A stretch of DNA of 50,428 nt, from positions 1 through 50,428 of the forward strand of contig CAMDDF010000002.1 of assembly GCA_945890885.1 (NCBI GenBank). The letters run 5' to 3'. This stretch comes from Candidatus Kuenenia stuttgartensis. Lineage in GTDB: Bacteria; Planctomycetota; Phycisphaerae; Sedimentisphaerales; CAMDDF01. The notes beneath the pieces are model-generated. The model searched no databases. It was given only the letters and a program-made list of their open reading frames with translations, and was not told the DNA's origin. Numbering within the stretch: position 1 is the stretch's first letter; each line of letters starts with the position of its first letter. A program made the translations under genes and the position numbers. This document shows positions 40,753 to 50,226 of this stretch, piece by piece.

Positions 40753-42123
40753 ATGCTGCGAAGAATCACAAATATATTTAAGATACCGGATTTAAGAAAC
40801 AAGATCCTATTTACGCTGGCTATGCTTGCGATTTACAGAATAGGTTTTGCTATTCCTATTCCGGGTTTTGATGCCGGCAAGATTCAGGAGATGGCTGCTA
40901 GCCGTGCAGGTGGCGCTCTTGGACAGGTGGCGGCTTATTTGCAGATGTTCAGCGGCGGTACACTTGATAAGAGCAGTTTGTTTGGCCTTGGAATTATGCC
41001 TTATATTACAGCATCGATTATTCTGATGCTCCTTGGCGAAGTGTTGCCAGCACTTCGGAAACTGCGACAAGAAGGCCAGGTGGGATACAAAAAGATTCAG
41101 GAATATACACGTTACCTTACGGTTCCAATTTGTGTAATTCAGGCGATAATGTACACCCGTATGCTTGGCAATAATCAGTTTGTCTATGAAGGTATGGAAG
41201 CTTGGGCTATGTTTATGGGCGTTGTCGGTATGACAGCTGGCACGGTATTTTTGATGTGGGTTGGCGAGCAGATTGATGAGTATGGCATTGGTAATGGCAT
41301 TAGCCTTTTAATTATGGCTGGTATTGTTGCGAATATGCCTTGGGCAATTAAAGAAGTATGGGATAAGATGGATTTAAGAGGCGGCAATCAGGCAGGCACT
41401 TATGGGCCGACGGTCGTCGTGTTTTTGATAGTAGCATTTGTTTTTGTAGTGGCTGGTTCAATATTGATTACGCAGGGTCAGAGACGAATACCGATCCAGC
41501 AGGCCAAGCAGATGCGAGGAAGAAAGATGTATGGCGGTTCGAGGCATTATCTGCCTTTGCGTGTTAATCACGGCGGTGTTATGCCGATAATTTTTGCATC
41601 AAGTTTTATGATGTTTCCACCAGTAATTTTTTCCTGGTTGTCCAGACTTTTCAGCAGTTTAGGTTCTGATGCATGGGCAGAGAGAATGGGTTCCGTTTAT
41701 CAGGCGACTTCTCCAGGAGCGTACACCTATGAAGTATTGTACATAATATTGATATTCCTGTTTGCGTATTTCTGGACGACAGTTCAGTTTCAGCCTAAGG
41801 ATATGGCCAAGAAGCTACGGGATTCGGGTAGTTTTATTCCTGGACTTAGACCTGGCCATAGGACAGCTGAATATCTTGAAACCGTTATGGCAAGGATAAC
41901 TTTCTTTGGCGCATCTTTCCTTGCTTTTATATCAGTAACGCCAACCGTGATTTCTCAGTCGATGGGCGTTAGCTTTCAGGTAGCATCTTTCCTTGGTGGT
42001 ACAGGTTTGTTGATTGTTGTTAGTGTTTCACTTGATTTGGTGCAGAGAATAGAGTCCAGCTTAATTATGCGTAATTATGAGGGCTTCAGTGATAGCGGCA
42101 GAATAAAGGGAGCTTATACATAA
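40753..42123 (+). CDS. secY: Preprotein translocase subunit SecY
   Basis: 456 aa, 10-TM pattern. LFGLGIMPYITASIILMLL, GEQIDEYGIGNGISLLI. Confidence 0.98.
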   Translation: MLRRITNIFKIPDLRNKILFTLAMLAIYRIGFAIPIPGFDAGKIQEMAASRAGGALGQVAAYLQMFSGGTLDKSSLFGLGIMPYITASIILMLLGEVLPALRKLRQEGQVGYKKIQEYTRYLTVPICVIQAIMYTRMLGNNQFVYEGMEAWAMFMGVVGMTAGTVFLMWVGEQIDEYGIGNGISLLIMAGIVANMPWAIKEVWDKMDLRGGNQAGTYGPTVVVFLIVAFVFVVAGSILITQGQRRIPIQQAKQMRGRKMYGGSRHYLPLRVNHGGVMPIIFASSFMMFPPVIFSWLSRLFSSLGSDAWAERMGSVYQATSPGAYTYEVLYIILIFLFAYFWTTVQFQPKDMAKKLRDSGSFIPGLRPGHRTAEYLETVMARITFFGASFLAFISVTPTVISQSMGVSFQVASFLGGTGLLIVVSVSLDLVQRIESSLIMRNYEGFSDSGRIKGAYT

Positions 42124-42767
42124 TGCGAGTAGTACTTTTAGGTCCTCCCGGAGCTGGCAAGGGCACCCAGTGCAAAAGGATAATTGAAAAGTTCAAATTG
42201 GTTCATCTTTCAAGCGGCGATATATTGCGTGCTGAACGGGCTGCTGGCTCTGAGCTTGGCAGTCAGGCCAAGGAATATATGGATTCAGGCAAGCTTGTGC
42301 CGGATGGTCTTATTATTAAGATGATGGTTGGCGCAATGAAACGGGCTGGCGGCAAGTATGTTCTTGATGGTTTTCCACGTACAGTCGTTCAGGCTCAAGA
42401 ACTGAACACAGCATTGGCTGCTGAAGGTGAGAAAATAGATGCGATTGTTAATCTTCAGATTGATGATAGTGTTGTAGCTGGCCGTATGACGGGACGCAGA
42501 AGCTGTCCAGTTTGCGGAGCGGTTTATCATGTTGATAATTTAAAGCCGAAAATTGTAAATAAGTGTGATAAAGGCTGTGGCGAACTTGTTCAACGTAAGG
42601 ATGATCAACCTGATGTGGTTTTGAGCAGACTTTCTACTTATCACGCGCAGACGGCTCCCGTTCTGGAGTATTATAAGAACGCAGGATGTAAGATATTTGA
42701 TATAAATGCAGATAATGAAATAGACAGCATTACTGCTTCTATTTTTAAAAATCTTTGTAATATTTAG
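42123..42767 (+). CDS. adk: Adenylate kinase (Cys4 zinc-lid type)
   Basis: 214 aa. LLGPPGAGKGTQC P-loop, lid CPVCGAVYH...CDKGCG. Its start overlaps the secY stop (TAATG). Confidence 0.98.
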   Translation: MRVVLLGPPGAGKGTQCKRIIEKFKLVHLSSGDILRAERAAGSELGSQAKEYMDSGKLVPDGLIIKMMVGAMKRAGGKYVLDGFPRTVVQAQELNTALAAEGEKIDAIVNLQIDDSVVAGRMTGRRSCPVCGAVYHVDNLKPKIVNKCDKGCGELVQRKDDQPDVVLSRLSTYHAQTAPVLEYYKNAGCKIFDINADNEIDSITASIFKNLCNI

Positions 42768-42793
42768 TTTTATTTTGGATTTAGTGTGTTGAA

Positions 42794-43573
42794 ATGGCAG
42801 TAAACCTTCGAAGTGGTAGAGAGATACAAAAGCTTCGAGAGGCAGGCAAGATTGTAGCAGATGTTCTTTATAAATTGAAAGAGGAAGTAAAACCAGGAGT
42901 CAGTACCGGCTATCTTGACAAGATGGCAGAGGAGATGACGCTGTCTCGCGGGGCGATTGCTCTGTTCAAAGGAGTGAAGAGTCCTTACGCGAGAAATCCT
43001 TTTCCCGGCGCTATATGTGCTTCTGTGAATGACGAAGTTGTTCATGGGATACCATCGCCGATAGTTAAGGTTAAAGAAGGTGATATTTTAAGCATTGATT
43101 TCGGTGTGCTGTATAATGGATACTGTGGCGATGCCGCGATGACTTATGCGGTAGGCAAAATCAGCCCTTCAAAGCAAAGGTTGATGGATATCACCAAAAA
43201 AATGCTCGATATCGCCATTGCTAATGCGGCTCCGGGCGTACGGTGGACATCGATTGCTGCTAAAATGCAGAGTTGTGCAGATGCGGCAGGTTTTTCGGTG
43301 GTTACCGATTTTGTTGGACATGGAATTGGTACTGAAATGCACGAAGAGCCTAAAGTGCCGAATTTTGTCAGTCCTGAGCTTCTGAGGGAAGATATTTTTC
43401 TCGAAGAAGGTATGGTGCTAGCTGTTGAACCGATGGTTAATATGGGAACATCGGCAGTTAAAACTCTCAAAGACGGATGGACGGTGGTAACCAGAGATGG
43501 TAAATGCTCGGCACATTTTGAGCATACAATAGCAATTGTAAAGAACGGATGTGAAGTTCTTACTATAGTTTAA
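42794..43573 (+). CDS. map: Type I methionine aminopeptidase
   Basis: 259 aa. ICASVNDEVVHGIP, DFGVLYNGYCGDAA, FVGHGIGTEMHEEP, HFEHTI. Confidence 0.97.
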   Translation: MAVNLRSGREIQKLREAGKIVADVLYKLKEEVKPGVSTGYLDKMAEEMTLSRGAIALFKGVKSPYARNPFPGAICASVNDEVVHGIPSPIVKVKEGDILSIDFGVLYNGYCGDAAMTYAVGKISPSKQRLMDITKKMLDIAIANAAPGVRWTSIAAKMQSCADAAGFSVVTDFVGHGIGTEMHEEPKVPNFVSPELLREDIFLEEGMVLAVEPMVNMGTSAVKTLKDGWTVVTRDGKCSAHFEHTIAIVKNGCEVLTIV

Positions 43574-43582
43574 GGCAGGACG

Positions 43583-43798
43583 ATGGCAAAGCAAGATGCG
43601 ATAACTCTGGAAGCTGAAGTAACTGAGGCACTGCCGAATGCAGTGTTTCGGGTTAAGCTTGAGAATGGGCATCATATACTTGCTCACGTTTCCGGCAAGA
43701 TGCGAATGCATTTTATTCGTATTGTTCCGGGCGATAAGGTAACAGTGGAAATGTCGCCTTATGACCTTACAAAAGGCAGAATAATAATGCGAAGTTAA
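43583..43798 (+). CDS. infA: Translation initiation factor IF-1
   Basis: 71 aa. [45 protein letters not shown]. Confidence 0.98.
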   Translation: MAKQDAITLEAEVTEALPNAVFRVKLENGHHILAHVSGKMRMHFIRIVPGDKVTVEMSPYDLTKGRIIMRS

Positions 43799-43813
43799 TA
43801 AGCAGGTGGTATT

Positions 43814-43930
43814 ATGAAAGTACGAAGTTCAGTTAAAAGAATTTGTGAAAATTGTAAAATAATTCGACGCAAAGGTGTTGTGCGTGTGATTTGTTCATCA
43901 GATCCACGTCATAAACAGCGTCAAGGTTAA
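43814..43930 (+). CDS. rpmJ: 50S ribosomal protein L36
   Basis: 38-aa ORF below the track cutoff. My translation is [38 protein letters not shown]. Confidence 0.95.
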   Translation: MKVRSSVKRICENCKIIRRKGVVRVICSSDPRHKQRQG

Positions 43931-43951
43931 TTAGCTATTTGAGGAGTTATT

Positions 43952-44335
43952 ATGCCGCGTATAGTTGGTGTAGATGTGCCAAATGATAAAGCTGTTCTTT
44001 ATGCCCTTACCTATGTACATGGGATTGGAAAATTCGTGTCTGGCAAGATTCTTAAAGAATTAGGCATAGATGAAACATTGAAAGCTGGTAAGCTTTCCGA
44101 AGGTGAAGTTGCGCAGATATCGCAGATTCTCGACAGGGATTACCTTGTCGAAGGTCAGTTGCGCAGAAAAGTGTCTCAGGATATTACCAGACTTAAAGAT
44201 ATTGCATGTTATAGAGGAATCAGACATCGCAAAGGTTTGCCCGTCCGTGGTCAGCAGACGCAGAGTAATGCCCGTACCAGGAAAGGCAAGAAGAAAACCG
44301 TTGCAGGCAAAAAAGGTGTCAAAGAATTAAGGTAA
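43952..44335 (+). CDS. rpsM: 30S ribosomal protein S13
   Basis: 127 aa. MPRIVGVDVPNDK..., YRGIRHRKGLPVRGQQTQSNART. Confidence 0.98.
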   Translation: MPRIVGVDVPNDKAVLYALTYVHGIGKFVSGKILKELGIDETLKAGKLSEGEVAQISQILDRDYLVEGQLRRKVSQDITRLKDIACYRGIRHRKGLPVRGQQTQSNARTRKGKKKTVAGKKGVKELR

Positions 44336-44365
44336 TCTTAATAAAGCACGAAGGATAATTTTCGT

Positions 44366-44746
44366 ATGGCAAAAAGCGTAAAGAAAAAAATTCGTAAGAA
44401 TGTTGCTAAAGCGGTAGTTAATATCAAGGCTACTTTTAATAATACCCTTGTCTGCGTCTCTGATGTTGACGGGGATGTGATTTGCAGCGATTCCGGCGGT
44501 TCGGTTGGATTCAAGGGATCCAGGAAGAGTACCCCTTTTGCGGCTCAAAGGGCAGCGGAAAAGTGTGCTAATACCGCAAAACGTTATGGTGTTCGTGAAG
44601 TTGAAATTCGCGTCAAAGGTCCAGGAAGTGGCCGTGAAAGTGCCGTTTCCGCCATTCAGGCTGCGGGCTTGCGGATTTCTTCAATAGAGGATGTTACGCC
44701 TCTGCCGCACAATGGATGCAGGCCGCCAAAACGCAGAAGAGTTTAA
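44366..44746 (+). CDS. rpsK: 30S ribosomal protein S11
   Basis: 126 aa. [37 protein letters not shown]. Confidence 0.98.
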   Translation: MAKSVKKKIRKNVAKAVVNIKATFNNTLVCVSDVDGDVICSDSGGSVGFKGSRKSTPFAAQRAAEKCANTAKRYGVREVEIRVKGPGSGRESAVSAIQAAGLRISSIEDVTPLPHNGCRPPKRRRV

Positions 44747-44788
44747 TTTTTTTTGAAATTGTTTAAGTTTTTTGGAGAATATAAATAA

Positions 44789-45421
44789 ATGGGACGTTAT
44801 CTCGGATCATCTTGTAAGCAGTGCCGTCGTGAAGGCATTAAGTTGATGTTAAAAGGAATCAGGTGCGAAAGTGCAAAGTGTCCGATAGAAAAACGTGAAC
44901 GCAATACTGCACCTGGTCAGCACGGCTGGCGCAGAGGCAAGAACAGCGACTACGGTGTTCGTCTTCGTGAAAAGCAGAAAGTAAAGAGATTTTATGGTCT
45001 TTTCGAGAAGCAGTTTATGAAGACTTACGGTATGGCTGAGAGAATCAAAGGCAATACCGGCGAAAATTTACTTGTGTTGCTGGAAAGACGGCTTGATAAT
45101 GTAGTTTATAAGCTTAACTTTGCTCCTTCGAGAAAGTCTGCAAGGCTATTGGTAAGTCACGGCCATGTCTATCTTAATGGAAGAAAGTGCGATATTCCGA
45201 GCGTTCTTGTTAAGGTTGGCGATAAACTGGTTTTAAAGAACGCCGATAAGAGTTCAAAGAAAGTTAAAGAACAGCTGGAAAGCAACCCTAATTTTAGCGT
45301 TCAAAGCTGGTTGCAGTTGGATTCATCCAAGCCTGAAGCGATGGTTGTGGCTATGCCTTCGAGGGATGATGTTCAGCTTCCGATAGAAGAAAATCTTGTT
45401 GTTGAGTATTGTTCTAAGTAA
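44789..45421 (+). CDS. rpsD: 30S ribosomal protein S4
   Basis: 210 aa. MGRYLGSSCKQCRREG, S4 domain RLDNVVYKLNFAPSRKSARLLVSHGHVYLNG. Confidence 0.98.
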   Translation: MGRYLGSSCKQCRREGIKLMLKGIRCESAKCPIEKRERNTAPGQHGWRRGKNSDYGVRLREKQKVKRFYGLFEKQFMKTYGMAERIKGNTGENLLVLLERRLDNVVYKLNFAPSRKSARLLVSHGHVYLNGRKCDIPSVLVKVGDKLVLKNADKSSKKVKEQLESNPNFSVQSWLQLDSSKPEAMVVAMPSRDDVQLPIEENLVVEYCSK

Positions 45422-45510
45422 TAATAATTTTGATGGCAAAAAATAGATAGCATCCAGTTGTACTGGTCTGCAGCGGATTGCTGAGAACTTTGCCTGATAG
45501 GAGGCCTTTT

Positions 45511-46515
45511 ATGAGAATAACCTGGAGAGGTTTGGAATTACCGACACGCGTTGAACGTGAAAAAAAGGTTGGTGATTCGACTTACGGACGTTTTTATGTA
45601 GAACCTTTTGAGAGAGGTTTTGGCACGACTATTGGCAACAGCCTTAGAAGGGTGCTGCTTTCTTCTTTGGAAGGAAGTGCGGTTACATCAATCAAAATCG
45701 CTGGCGTTGGGCATGAATTTGCAACAGTTCCCGGCGTAGTTGAAGATGTTACTGAAATTGTTCTTAATGTTAAAAGAATGGTTTTGAAGAAAACTGTTGA
45801 TGCTCCGAGGACATTGACCTTGACAGCCAACAAAGCTGGTCAGGTAACGGCGGGGCAGATTGTTACAGATTCTTCTGTCGAGATTATCAATAAAGACCTT
45901 GTTATCGCAACCCTGACCGAAGATGTTAAGTTCGAGATGGAATTTGAGGTTAATAATGGGCGAGGTTATTCACCAGCGGCAGAGCGAATTGCTGAAATTG
46001 ACAGGTTTGATCAGGAACTCGGCAGAATTGTCGTTGATGCGATTTATTCGCCGGTATTGAGAGTCAGATATAAAACCGAAGACACACGTGTTGGTCAGAG
46101 AACAAACTATGACAGGCTTGTGTTGGAGATATGGACTGACGGCACGGTTACGCCGGATATGGCTCTGGTTGAGGCTGCTAAGATATTGCGTAAGCATATT
46201 AACCCGTTTGTTCAGTATTTTGAGGTTGAGCCTGAAACGGTTGAAGAAGAGCTTAGTGCTGAAGTGCCGCAGCAAAAGTCGGTTAATGAAGAGTTAGTTT
46301 CAAAGCTTAAAATGTCCGTTCAGGACCTTGAGCTTTCTGTTCGTGCGAATAATTGCCTTGAATCGATGAATGTCAATAATATCGGCGAACTCATAAAGAT
46401 GACAGAACCGGATCTTTTGAAGATTCGCAGTTTCGGCAAGACCTGTTTGCGTGAGATTAAGAGGAAACTTGCTGATCTTGGCTTGTCGCTTGGAATGACT
46501 GATTTGGATGTGTAA
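45511..46515 (+). CDS. rpoA: DNA-directed RNA polymerase subunit alpha
   Basis: The ATG at 45511 has AGGAGG 6 nt upstream, so it is preferred over the upstream TTG at 45478 used by the track. Motifs GRFYVEPFERGFGTTIGNSLRRVLLSS, and C-terminal domain LELSVRANNCLESMNVNNIGEL. Confidence 0.97.
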   Translation: MRITWRGLELPTRVEREKKVGDSTYGRFYVEPFERGFGTTIGNSLRRVLLSSLEGSAVTSIKIAGVGHEFATVPGVVEDVTEIVLNVKRMVLKKTVDAPRTLTLTANKAGQVTAGQIVTDSSVEIINKDLVIATLTEDVKFEMEFEVNNGRGYSPAAERIAEIDRFDQELGRIVVDAIYSPVLRVRYKTEDTRVGQRTNYDRLVLEIWTDGTVTPDMALVEAAKILRKHINPFVQYFEVEPETVEEELSAEVPQQKSVNEELVSKLKMSVQDLELSVRANNCLESMNVNNIGELIKMTEPDLLKIRSFGKTCLREIKRKLADLGLSLGMTDLDV

Positions 46516-46554
46516 GTAGTATTTTAGTTAATACAAAAGAATAGGAAATGCAAT

Positions 46555-46974
46555 ATGCGTCACAGAATTGCAGGAAAACAATTAAATCGTAAAAGTGCTC
46601 ACGGAACTGCGCTTCGCAGAAATCTTGCTTGTGCATTATTTGAACACGAGACGATAAGTACCACAATGCCAAAGGCCAAGTATGTTCGCAGCTTTGCTGA
46701 GAAGCTCATAACTTTGTCGAAGAAAGGCTCTTTACATGCGCGCAGGCAGGCAATTGCTCTGCTTGGTGGAAATAAGGCGATTTATTCTGAAGTTGACGGC
46801 GATATGTCCAAAGCAGGAACGATTGTCGGTAAACTTTTCAGTGATCTTGGGCCTCGTTATCTTGACAGGCCAGGTGGATATACACGGATTGTTAAATTGC
46901 CTAAAAACAGGCTTGGTGATAATAGCCAGGTTGTACTGCTTCAGCTTGTGGGCAACGAAAAATCTTCCAAATAA
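46555..46974 (+). CDS. rplQ: 50S ribosomal protein L17
   Basis: 139 aa. MRHRIAGKQLNRKSAHGTALRRNLA. Confidence 0.98.
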   Translation: MRHRIAGKQLNRKSAHGTALRRNLACALFEHETISTTMPKAKYVRSFAEKLITLSKKGSLHARRQAIALLGGNKAIYSEVDGDMSKAGTIVGKLFSDLGPRYLDRPGGYTRIVKLPKNRLGDNSQVVLLQLVGNEKSSK

Positions 46975-47006
46975 AAAAAATTAGAAAGTAATTCAGGGCT
47001 GTCCAG

Positions 47007-47417
47007 GTGAATGATTGCATTTTTTGCAGGATTATAAATGGCCAGATTCCATCTTTTAAGATTTTTGAAGATGAACACGTTCTTGCTATTCTCGATATAG
47101 GCCCACTGAATCAGGGGCATACATTAGTGATGCCAAAAGCCCATTTTGAGTTTTTTGACGAGTGTCCTGACGGTATATCCACGAAAATATCTGCGGCAGT
47201 AGTTAAGGTGGCCAAGGCCGTTAAGGATGCATCTGGTGCGGATGGCTATAATGTTTTGTGTAATAACGGCAAAGCCGCGGGCCAATTGGTTGGACATGTT
47301 CATTTTCATATAATTCCTAGGTTTACTGGCGATGGTGTTTTTGATCGTTGGCCTGCAAAACAGTATGAAATTGGGCAGGCTGAGAAAATTCTGGAAAAAA
47401 TTAAAGCAAAGTTATGA
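47007..47417 (+). CDS. HIT-family (histidine triad) nucleotide hydrolase
   Basis: 136 aa. GTG start. CIFCRIINGQIPS and the histidine triad HVHFHIIPR. Confidence 0.88.
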   Translation: MNDCIFCRIINGQIPSFKIFEDEHVLAILDIGPLNQGHTLVMPKAHFEFFDECPDGISTKISAAVVKVAKAVKDASGADGYNVLCNNGKAAGQLVGHVHFHIIPRFTGDGVFDRWPAKQYEIGQAEKILEKIKAKL

Positions 47418-47469
47418 TTTTTGTTGATACTTGCCAGTTTACCTGTTAGATTGACGTTTCGCAATTTAT

Positions 47470-47543
<74 letters not shown>

Positions 47544-47553
47544 TTAGCTAAGT

Positions 47554-47599
47554 GCCTGTTATTGTGAGAGTTAAAATCAAGCAATAGCAGGCTTTTTTT
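47554..47599 (+). terminator. Intrinsic terminator after tRNA-fMet
   Basis: 11-bp stem GCCTGTTATTG/CAATAGCAGGC (one G-U pair), 17-nt loop, then T7 (47593-47599). Confidence 0.6.
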
Positions 47600-47610
47600 G
47601 TCTAATATGC

Positions 47611-48783
47611 CTACTGCAACAGATTTGCAACAGACATATTGGATAGAGCTTTGCTGCTTGCGGCTTTTGTCTTTTCAATCAGGTCATTTCTGACAGCGAG
47701 ATAAAACTTCCTTGTTGTCTCAAAAGATGAATGACCGGCCATTGTCATTACATCATATTCACTCAGACCGTTTCGAAACCAGTTGGTCAAACAGGTTCTT
47801 CTTAGGTCATGGAACTCGCCATCTTCAATACCCGCATGCGACAAAATAAGCTGGAATTGACGCCGGAAATTATTGGCAGGACACGATGCCTTACGCTGAT
47901 TCCATTTGCCTTGCTTTATCTGCTTTTGGATGTATTCATACCTTTGGGGCAAAACAAAAACATATGGAAAGCCTTCAGGCTGCTGGGAATGATGTTCGGT
48001 TAGCAGCTTAATGACTTCTTCGGTAAGAGGCAGACGCCTGCGTTCATTGTCCTTGATTTCCCACTGCCATGTAAAGTTGCTGTCTTTTTTGGGAGTAACA
48101 TTGATTTGACCGTTTTCAAAATCAACATCTCTCCACGTGGTGTTTAAAATTTCACCTCGTCTCATAGCAGTAGTTAACGCCAGCAAAAAAACTATATCCC
48201 ATCTGAAAGAGGCTCCGATCTTTGTATCCTGTGCTGTTTTGAGCAACATCCGGCACTCTTGTTCCGAGAATATTCTAATAGCCTTTGAAGGTGATTTTGG
48301 TTTTCGAACAAACCTGAAAGGATTTTCATCCAATTGACCTCTTTCTATGGCTAGTTGAAATATTCTCTTGAGCGTGCCTATTTTTTTACGAACGGTAGCA
48401 GGGCGGTTGCCAGAATCCAGACAGGCTTGTATAAATAATTCACCATGTTTATGCTGAATTTTCTTAACATCAACATTTCCTGCAGTTTCAATAAACTGCC
48501 TCATAGTTGAATCATATTCAGAGATGGTATTTTCTCTTACCTGCCCGCGGGTGCGTTCAATACAATTTGCTATAAAACTGCTGAGTTTCATAGAGCAAGG
48601 TTCAACAACGCCCATATGCAATTCACGTTCTAAAGAGGCCATTTGCTGCTGGGCCTTTCTTTTATCTGCATGGCCAAGGGATTTTTGCTTGCGTTTATTG
48701 TGTTCGTCAATGTAAATCAAATAATATGTAAAAGAGCGACCATCCCATGATGGTCTCTGCCAGAGCTTTACCAGTTGTTTCAT
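47611..48783 (-). CDS. int: Tyrosine recombinase / phage-type integrase
   Basis: The catalytic region has ...RRGEILNTTWRDV..., HDLRRTCLTNW and GHSSFETTRKFY (R...H-x-x-R...Y). The track ORF starts at 48804, but the ATG at 48783 (MKQLVKLW) has AAGGAG 8 nt upstream and is preferred. Confidence 0.9.
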   Translation of the reverse strand: MKQLVKLWQRPSWDGRSFTYYLIYIDEHNKRKQKSLGHADKRKAQQQMASLERELHMGVVEPCSMKLSSFIANCIERTRGQVRENTISEYDSTMRQFIETAGNVDVKKIQHKHGELFIQACLDSGNRPATVRKKIGTLKRIFQLAIERGQLDENPFRFVRKPKSPSKAIRIFSEQECRMLLKTAQDTKIGASFRWDIVFLLALTTAMRRGEILNTTWRDVDFENGQINVTPKKDSNFTWQWEIKDNERRRLPLTEEVIKLLTEHHSQQPEGFPYVFVLPQRYEYIQKQIKQGKWNQRKASCPANNFRRQFQLILSHAGIEDGEFHDLRRTCLTNWFRNGLSEYDVMTMAGHSSFETTRKFYLAVRNDLIEKTKAASSKALSNMSVANLLQ

Positions 48784-48871
48784 TTTATGTCTCCTTTCTG
48801 ACATATGATACTGGTTCGGCTCGGATTAACCTTGAGCCGAATTATACCAGAAAATTTTAAAAGCGCAAATA

Positions 48872-49138
48872 TTATTTTTCAAATATAGTTTTTCCTTCGA
48901 TCCATTTCCTGATAGCTTCAACAGGGTAAAGGGGCTTGCCGCATATATGCACCCGCGGAAGTCCGTGCATTCGCTTAAGGTTTTCTACAACATTGTGGTA
49001 GTCCGCAGCCTTGCTCACTTCCGGTATCCTAAGAAAGCTGATCAACTCTTTTTCTGTCAGCAAATCGCGGCACCGGAAACCTTCATCAGGCTTTTCCACA
49101 TCGTTTTCAAAAACCTTTTCCATAGTTCTAACTCCCAT
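48872..49138 (-). CDS. Excisionase/AlpA-like helix-turn-helix DNA-binding protein
   Basis: 88 aa. LLTEKELISFLRIPEVS...LPRVHICGKPLYPVEAIRKWIE resembles the excisionase-type HTH pattern. It is adjacent to int. The alternative ATG at 49123 has GGGAG upstream. Confidence 0.6.
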   Translation of the reverse strand: MGVRTMEKVFENDVEKPDEGFRCRDLLTEKELISFLRIPEVSKAADYHNVVENLKRMHGLPRVHICGKPLYPVEAIRKWIEGKTIFEK

Positions 49139-49155
49139 TGTTTGGCAACTCGTAA

Positions 49156-49512
49156 TTATTGATCATGGTTTTTCATTGACTTTAATTTTTGATGTTTATA
49201 GTACTTTGAATACTCCTCGCTGGTAGAATGTTTACCCCAGCGACTGCATCTCTTAATTATGCTGACGATAAACAGCAGGAGAAACAATAAAATTATTGCT
49301 ATTCCCATCGCTGCATAAGGCAGCAAAACTACCCCGGTAGTGCCTTTCATAGAACGGCTCATCCCAATAACGCAGAGTGCTGAGACGCAGACAGAAAGAA
49401 CACCTGACGGAAATGTGTCAAAGTTCAATGCGGATTTGATCGGCTTAAATACGATCACCGCCAGCAAAATAAACACAGGAACTAAAATTATTGTTTCGAT
49501 ATTATTTGACAT
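49156..49512 (-). CDS. Small membrane protein (three predicted TM helices, basic C-terminal tail), unknown function
   Basis: 118 aa. Hydrophobic segments IILVPVFILLAVIVF, GVLSVCVSALCVIGM and LLPYAAMGIAIILLFLLLFIVSII. AAAGGGA lies before the ATG. A 3-nt gap separates it from the upstream ORF. Confidence 0.6.
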   Translation of the reverse strand: MSNNIETIILVPVFILLAVIVFKPIKSALNFDTFPSGVLSVCVSALCVIGMSRSMKGTTGVVLLPYAAMGIAIILLFLLLFIVSIIKRCSRWGKHSTSEEYSKYYKHQKLKSMKNHDQ

Positions 49513-49515
49513 GAT

Positions 49516-49842
49516 TTATCCCTTTCTGATCCGAAAAATAACTGTCCACTTTTTTTGTTGATTAATTGTATCGACTGTCGAACAACATATCTTTTTAGCC
49601 AGCCTTGCCAATGAAAAGACGATAGTAATAAGAATACTCAGAACAATAATAGACCAGACATTGTCTATAAAAAAAGCTATCGATGCCTGGCTAGCAAAAC
49701 CTCCAAGTAATAAAAATGACATACTGGTACTAAGAATCAGTGAGCTTAGAAGATTGAGCCGTATGCCATATTGCAGGATGTTAAATAAAATTGTTGCCAC
49801 TGCAATGTATGCCGCAATCCACATGAGTAATTTTGTATCCAT
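49516..49842 (-). CDS. Small membrane protein (three predicted TM helices), unknown function
   Basis: The track ORF starts at TTG 49866. The in-frame ATG at 49842 (MDTKLLMWIAAYIAVATILF...) has GGAAGG 9 nt upstream. Three hydrophobic helices. Confidence 0.55.
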   Translation of the reverse strand: MDTKLLMWIAAYIAVATILFNILQYGIRLNLLSSLILSTSMSFLLLGGFASQASIAFFIDNVWSIIVLSILITIVFSLARLAKKICCSTVDTINQQKKWTVIFRIRKG

Positions 49843-49883
49843 GATTTTTTTCCTTCCATAATTCAAAAAATTGTTTTTATTAT

Positions 49884-49912
49884 GCCGGCAGGCGTTTTGG
49901 GCACCTGCCGGC
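49884..49912 (-). terminator. GC-rich hairpin between island genes (weak terminator or attenuator)
   Basis: Perfect 9-bp stem GCCGGCAGG/CCTGCCGGC with an 11-nt loop. On the minus strand it is followed by an A/T-rich stretch (ATAATAAAAACAATTTTTT), not a clean U-run. Confidence 0.4.
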
Positions 49913-49926
49913 GGTTGATTTACCAG

Positions 49927-50214
49927 TTATGTCAGCCTTAAAATTGTCCCAAGAATAATCCTGGCTATTGCAAATACCACCAATGCCGCAACAAGCCGGC
50001 CTTTTTCAGACAGCGGGTTTTGTGTCTTCAAAAACTGTGGAACTTTTGAAGTGACGGCATCTACAAGCAAGCTGCCTGCATTGTCAAAGGGAATGAGCCA
50101 GCTGATATTCTTCCACAATAGAACAAGCCTTACCTGTAGGAAGAACATCACAACATCAATGCCGACACATACAAAATACAAAGAACACATCAGTAAATAA
50201 ATTAACCCAGCCAT
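49927..50214 (-). CDS. Small two-TM membrane protein (weak YggT-like pattern)
   Basis: 95 aa. GGAGGA lies 7 nt upstream of the ATG and overlaps the upstream gene's stop. Hydrophobic N- and C-terminal helices flank the segment LLWKNISWLIPFDNAGSLLVDAVTSKVPQFLK. Confidence 0.55.
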   Translation of the reverse strand: MAGLIYLLMCSLYFVCVGIDVVMFFLQVRLVLLWKNISWLIPFDNAGSLLVDAVTSKVPQFLKTQNPLSEKGRLVAALVVFAIARIILGTILRLT

Positions 50215-50226
50215 TAGCTTATCCTC

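Noticed and set aside
45478-45510. Alternative upstream starts for rpoA (TTG 45478), rplE (GTG 37554) and rplO (40280)
   Set aside because: The downstream ATGs give the canonical N-termini, and the rpoA ATG has a perfect AGGAGG at the correct spacing.
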